Assembly (NCBI GenBank): GCA_963666315.2 | Contig: CAXXHG010000003.1 | Location: 1 to 64,000 of the forward strand | Source of the DNA: Candidatus Binatia bacterium | GTDB lineage: Bacteria > Desulfobacterota > Binatia > Bin18 | Direction of reading: 5' to 3' | DNA: 64,000 nt | Shown: positions 59,893-64,000 of the stretch, piece by piece | How positions within the stretch are numbered: position 1 is the first letter of the stretch | How the letters are laid out: every line of letters begins with the position of its first letter | Made by a program: the position numbers and the translations under genes | Notes under the pieces: generated by a model | The model's input: only the letters and a program-made list of their open reading frames with translations | Database searches by the model: none | What the model was told of the DNA's origin: nothing

Positions 59893-62800
59893 ATGCCGAA
59901 ACGTACCGATCTGCATTCCATCTTGCTTATAGGTTCTGGCCCTATCGTCATTGGTCAGGCGTGTGAGTTTGACTACTCCGGCACCCAGGCGTGCAAGGCG
60001 CTCAAAGAAGAGGGCTATCGAGTCATCCTGGTCAATTCCAATCCTGCTACGATTATGACCGATCCGGACTTTGCCGACCGCACGTATATCGAGCCGCTTA
60101 CTCTACCCATACTCGAAAAAATTATTGAAAGAGAACGCCCGGATGCCCTGTTGCCGACCGTAGGTGGGCAGACCGGACTGAACCTGGCTATTGATCTTGC
60201 TGAGGCCGGCATTCTCGATCGCTATGAGGTAGAGCTGATTGGCGCCAAGCTGCCCGCCATCAAAAAGGCAGAAGATCGTGATCTGTTTAAGACGGCTATG
60301 GAGCGGATAGGCCTGGATCTACCGAAAAGTGGCTGTATCCGTTCTCTCCAAGAAGCCGAGGCCTTACGCGATCAGCTTGGTTTGCCGCTTATTGTGCGCC
60401 CGTCCCGAACGCTGGGCGGTGCGGGTGGTGGCATTGTCCAGTCTCAGGAGGAATTTCAGGGCATCGTCGCGTGGGGTCTCAAGGCGTCTCCTACGCATGA
60501 AGTCCTCATCGAAGAGTCGATTGCGGGCTGGAAAGAATTCGAGCTGGAGGTCATGCGCGACGTGAAGGACAACGTCGTTATCATTTGCTCCATCGAGAAT
60601 TTTGATCCTCTCGGCGTGCATACGGGCGATTCGATCACCGTTGCCCCGGCTCAGACGCTGACCGACAAAGAATACCAGATCATGCGGGACGCAGCCCTAC
60701 GCATCATCCGTGAAATTGGGGTGGACACTGGCGGATCGAATATCCAGTTCGCCGTGCAGCCTGAGACCGGCCGGCTGGTGGTGATCGAAATGAATCCGCG
60801 CGTGTCTCGCTCCTCTGCCCTGGCCAGTAAAGCCACCGGATTTCCGATTGCCAAAATCGCGGCCAAACTCGCCGTGGGCTATACCTTGGACGAAATCCCG
60901 AATGATATCACCCGGGAAACGCCGGCCTCTTTCGAGCCGACGATAGACTATGTGGTGGTGAAGGTGCCGCGTTTTACCTTTGATAAATTTCCTCAAACGC
61001 CCGACGTGCTGGGACCGCAAATGAAGTCGGTCGGGGAGGCCATGTCGATAGGCCGGACGTTTAAAGAGGCGCTTCAAAAGGCGCTGCGTTCACTCGAAAT
61101 CGACAGCTACGGATTTGAAGCGACAAACGGCGGCGCTGAGACTTCTCTTGATTCCATTCGTGAACGCCTGCAGACGCCGAATGCGCAACGACTGTGGTAT
61201 GTGGCCGAAGCGCTGCGACTGGGGATGGACGTAGACGAACTCTATCAGGTCTCTCGGATTGATCCCTGGTTTCTCGACAATATCGCCCAGATCATAGCCT
61301 TTGAGAAAGAGCTGCAAAGTCATTCGGCCCAGTCTCTGGAATCGCTCGACCCCAGCCTGTTACGTCGGGCAAAGCAGATGGGCTTCTCAGACGTCCGGCT
61401 TGGAAAGCTGCTCGGAGTGAGTGAAGATGCCGTGCGCGTGCAGCGGGAACAATTAGACATCATCCCTGTTTATAAAACCGTAGATACGTGCGCGGCTGAA
61501 TTTGTAGCGCATACGCCCTATCTGTATTCAACGTATGAAGAGGAGGACGAATCCCAGCCGACCGACCGTAAGAAAGTCATGATCTTGGGCGGCGGTCCAA
61601 ACCGCATCGGTCAGGGCATTGAGTTTGACTACTGCTGCGTGCACGCCGCCTTTGCGCTCAAAGAGGATGGGTTTGAGACCATCATGGTCAACTGCAACCC
61701 GGAGACGGTCAGCACCGACTATGACACGTCGGACAAGCTCTATTTTGAACCTCTGACTCTAGAAGACGTGCTGAGTATCGTCCACCGGGAAAAGCCGTTT
61801 GGCGTGATTGTGCAATTTGGCGGGCAAACGCCGCTCAAGTTAGCCATCCCTCTCGAACGAGCTGGGGTACCGATACTTGGGACAACGCCGGATGCGATTG
61901 ACCGAGCGGAAGATCGGGAACGTTTTAAGGACATGCTTGAGCAATTGGGCTTACGACAGCCAGCGAATGGCACGGCCCGGTCTGTTGAGGCTGCGGTAGC
62001 GATTGCCCAAGACCTTTCCTATCCTGTCTTGGTCCGTCCCTCCTATGTGCTCGGCGGACGCGCCATGGAGATTGTGTATGACGAAGCCAGCTTGAGACGC
62101 TATATACGCGAGGCAGTGTCTGTATCAGAAAAGCGGCCCGTGCTGGTTGATAAATTCCTGGATGATGCGACTGAGGTCGATGTGGATGCCCTGAGCGATG
62201 GGCGAACGGTCGTCATCGGGGGCATCATGGAGCATATCGAGCTGGCCGGCGTCCACTCGGGGGACAGTGCCTGTTCGCTCCCGCCTCGCACGCTATCCTC
62301 AACTGTACAGGCTGAGATTCGCCGTCAAACGACACTCCTGGCTCAGGAGCTCGGCGTAGTTGGTTTGATGAATATCCAATTCGCGGTCCAGGAGGATACC
62401 GTCTTCCTGATTGAGGTGAATCCGCGTGCCTCGCGGACCGTCCCGTTTGTCAGTAAGGCGACTGGTATTCCGCTCGCAAAAATGGCAGCCCGGGTAATGG
62501 CGGGGAAAACCTTGCAGGAATTGGGTTTCACTCAGGAAGTCATTCCCAAGCATGTCAGCGTCAAGGAAGCCGTCTTTCCGTTTATTAAATTTCCGGGTGT
62601 GGATACGGTCCTCGGTCCGGAAATGAAATCGACTGGAGAAGTCATGGGGATGGATTATTCCTTTGCCATGGCCTTTGCAAAAGCCCAGATTGCGGCCGGC
62701 ACCCTGCTGCCCGAAACCGGGCAGGCATTCTTGAGCGTGCGTGGTCGAGATAAGCCTGTGACCTTGGCAATCGCCAAGCAGCTGGCTGCAAGCGGATTCT

Positions 62801-63126
62801 CGTTGATTGCAACTCGTGGGACTGCAGCCTATCTCCAAAACGCAGGCCTGACGGTTGAGGTCGTCAACAAAGTGCTAGAAGGCTCGCCGCATATTGTGGA
62901 TGCCCTGCAAGCCGGTTCGATTGCCTTGGTGATCAATACGACTGAAGGGGCCCAATCATTAAAGGACTCGTTTTCGATTCGGCGTAACGCGTTGGAGTAT
63001 CAAGTGCCGTATTTTACGACTATTGCAGGGGCGGAAGCTGCGGTCGAAGGGATCGTGCGCCTGAAGCAAGGCCTGCTTGGGGTGTGTCCGCTGCAAGATT
63101 ATCATGACTCAAAGCAGCATGCCTAA
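59893..63126 (+). CDS. carB: carbamoyl-phosphate synthase large subunit
   Basis: [44 protein letters not shown] domain. Confidence 0.98.
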   Translation: MPKRTDLHSILLIGSGPIVIGQACEFDYSGTQACKALKEEGYRVILVNSNPATIMTDPDFADRTYIEPLTLPILEKIIERERPDALLPTVGGQTGLNLAIDLAEAGILDRYEVELIGAKLPAIKKAEDRDLFKTAMERIGLDLPKSGCIRSLQEAEALRDQLGLPLIVRPSRTLGGAGGGIVQSQEEFQGIVAWGLKASPTHEVLIEESIAGWKEFELEVMRDVKDNVVIICSIENFDPLGVHTGDSITVAPAQTLTDKEYQIMRDAALRIIREIGVDTGGSNIQFAVQPETGRLVVIEMNPRVSRSSALASKATGFPIAKIAAKLAVGYTLDEIPNDITRETPASFEPTIDYVVVKVPRFTFDKFPQTPDVLGPQMKSVGEAMSIGRTFKEALQKALRSLEIDSYGFEATNGGAETSLDSIRERLQTPNAQRLWYVAEALRLGMDVDELYQVSRIDPWFLDNIAQIIAFEKELQSHSAQSLESLDPSLLRRAKQMGFSDVRLGKLLGVSEDAVRVQREQLDIIPVYKTVDTCAAEFVAHTPYLYSTYEEEDESQPTDRKKVMILGGGPNRIGQGIEFDYCCVHAAFALKEDGFETIMVNCNPETVSTDYDTSDKLYFEPLTLEDVLSIVHREKPFGVIVQFGGQTPLKLAIPLERAGVPILGTTPDAIDRAEDRERFKDMLEQLGLRQPANGTARSVEAAVAIAQDLSYPVLVRPSYVLGGRAMEIVYDEASLRRYIREAVSVSEKRPVLVDKFLDDATEVDVDALSDGRTVVIGGIMEHIELAGVHSGDSACSLPPRTLSSTVQAEIRRQTTLLAQELGVVGLMNIQFAVQEDTVFLIEVNPRASRTVPFVSKATGIPLAKMAARVMAGKTLQELGFTQEVIPKHVSVKEAVFPFIKFPGVDTVLGPEMKSTGEVMGMDYSFAMAFAKAQIAAGTLLPETGQAFLSVRGRDKPVTLAIAKQLAASGFSLIATRGTAAYLQNAGLTVEVVNKVLEGSPHIVDALQAGSIALVINTTEGAQSLKDSFSIRRNALEYQVPYFTTIAGAEAAVEGIVRLKQGLLGVCPLQDYHDSKQHA

Positions 63127-64000
63127 CGGGACCAGCCATTCTGCGTCATTTGCCTCTTCTTCCTCTTCCTCTCGCTCGTTCCGTTCCTCCCAACCTCCGC
63201 TCAAGAAGCCGGTTCAATACGTCAAAGGCGTTGGCCCGCGTCGTGCGGAGCAACTGGCCCGGCTCGGCATAACGACAGTCGAAGACCTGCTGTATCACAT
63301 CCCGTTCCGTTACCAGGATCGGCGTGAGATCAAAAAAATTCGCGATCTTGAGATCGGAGACGAGACTGCTATAACCGGACAAATCGCGCGTATGGGACGT
63401 CGCTTTCTGGCCCGTCGGCGTCGCTGGGTGCTCGAAGCCGTTGTCCGAGACGAGACCGGTTTCCTCTTTTTGTTGTGGTATCACCAGCACCGCTATTTCC
63501 AGCAGCGCTATCAGCTCGGCCAGAGTGTCCTGCTATACGGCAAGGTTGAAAAGGGCATGAAGGGCGGCAAGTGGATGATCCACCCCGACATGGAGCCGCT
63601 TGAAGAAGAGGCGGAGACCGCGCGTGTTTTGCCCATTTATAATAAGACCACAGAGATGACAGTTGCCGCCATGCGGCGCATTGTGCACGGTGCGGTCGAT
63701 CAACATGCCGATCTTGTGCCGAACGGGGTGCCGCAGGAAATTTGTGAACGACTCCAGTTGATGCCGCTCAGTCTAGCACTCCGTAACCTGCATTTCCCGC
63801 CGCTCGATGTTGAGATTGCCGAATTAAATGAGGCCACTTCCCCGGCGCACCGAGCGGTTGTGTTTGACGAATTATTCTATCTACAACTGGGTATGGCGCT
63901 CCGGCGGCGCAACATTGTCAAGGAAGAAGGTCTCTACATTGTTCCGGGGCCACTTGTCCAGCAGATGTACGGTATCTTGCCGTTTCGGTTAACCGGCGCA
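63119..64000 (+). CDS. recG: ATP-dependent DNA helicase RecG, partial (runs off window)
   Basis: [58 protein letters not shown]. Confidence 0.93.
   Translation, partial: MPNGTSHSASFASSSSSSRSFRSSQPPLKKPVQYVKGVGPRRAEQLARLGITTVEDLLYHIPFRYQDRREIKKIRDLEIGDETAITGQIARMGRRFLARRRRWVLEAVVRDETGFLFLLWYHQHRYFQQRYQLGQSVLLYGKVEKGMKGGKWMIHPDMEPLEEEAETARVLPIYNKTTEMTVAAMRRIVHGAVDQHADLVPNGVPQEICERLQLMPLSLALRNLHFPPLDVEIAELNEATSPAHRAVVFDELFYLQLGMALRRRNIVKEEGLYIVPGPLVQQMYGILPFRLTGA

Overview
Bacterial chromosomal window; gene content and order suggest a Deltaproteobacteria-like lineage such as Ca. Binatia, but that is inference. Three core blocks are present: tetrapyrrole synthesis (sirC-ccsA-hemA-hemC-cobA/hemD-hemB, minus strand); a housekeeping block (trmL, dtd, lgt, tlpA, ctpA, xseAB, ispA, tlyA, tenA); and a PyrR-attenuated pyrR-pyrB-pyrC-carA-carB operon followed by a partial recG. 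Between them lie mosaic accessory regions (about 1-12 kb, 18.7-42.8 kb and 51.3-55.3 kb). These hold flavin/F420 and SDR oxidoreductases, orphan biosynthetic genes (purM, hisE-hisG, lysA), five intact or decayed toxin-antitoxin modules and many pseudogenes. The most notable non-gene signals are: (i) a TT-A8 slippery site that would fuse a MoxR AAA+ ATPase to a VWA protein in a BKACE-MoxR-VWA operon; (ii) a DUF559 endonuclease gene bracketed by three copies of a ~43-53 bp palindromic repeat, an arrangement like a REPtron; (iii) integron attC-like remnants next to both HicAB modules; (iv) a 164-bp MITE whose ends resemble those of the IS5-family element at the window start; (v) an unannotated 57-aa ORF. 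Many single-base indels fall in homopolymers, and one frameshift breaks pyrC, so some frameshifts are probably sequencing errors. No rRNA, tRNA or CRISPR array was recognised.
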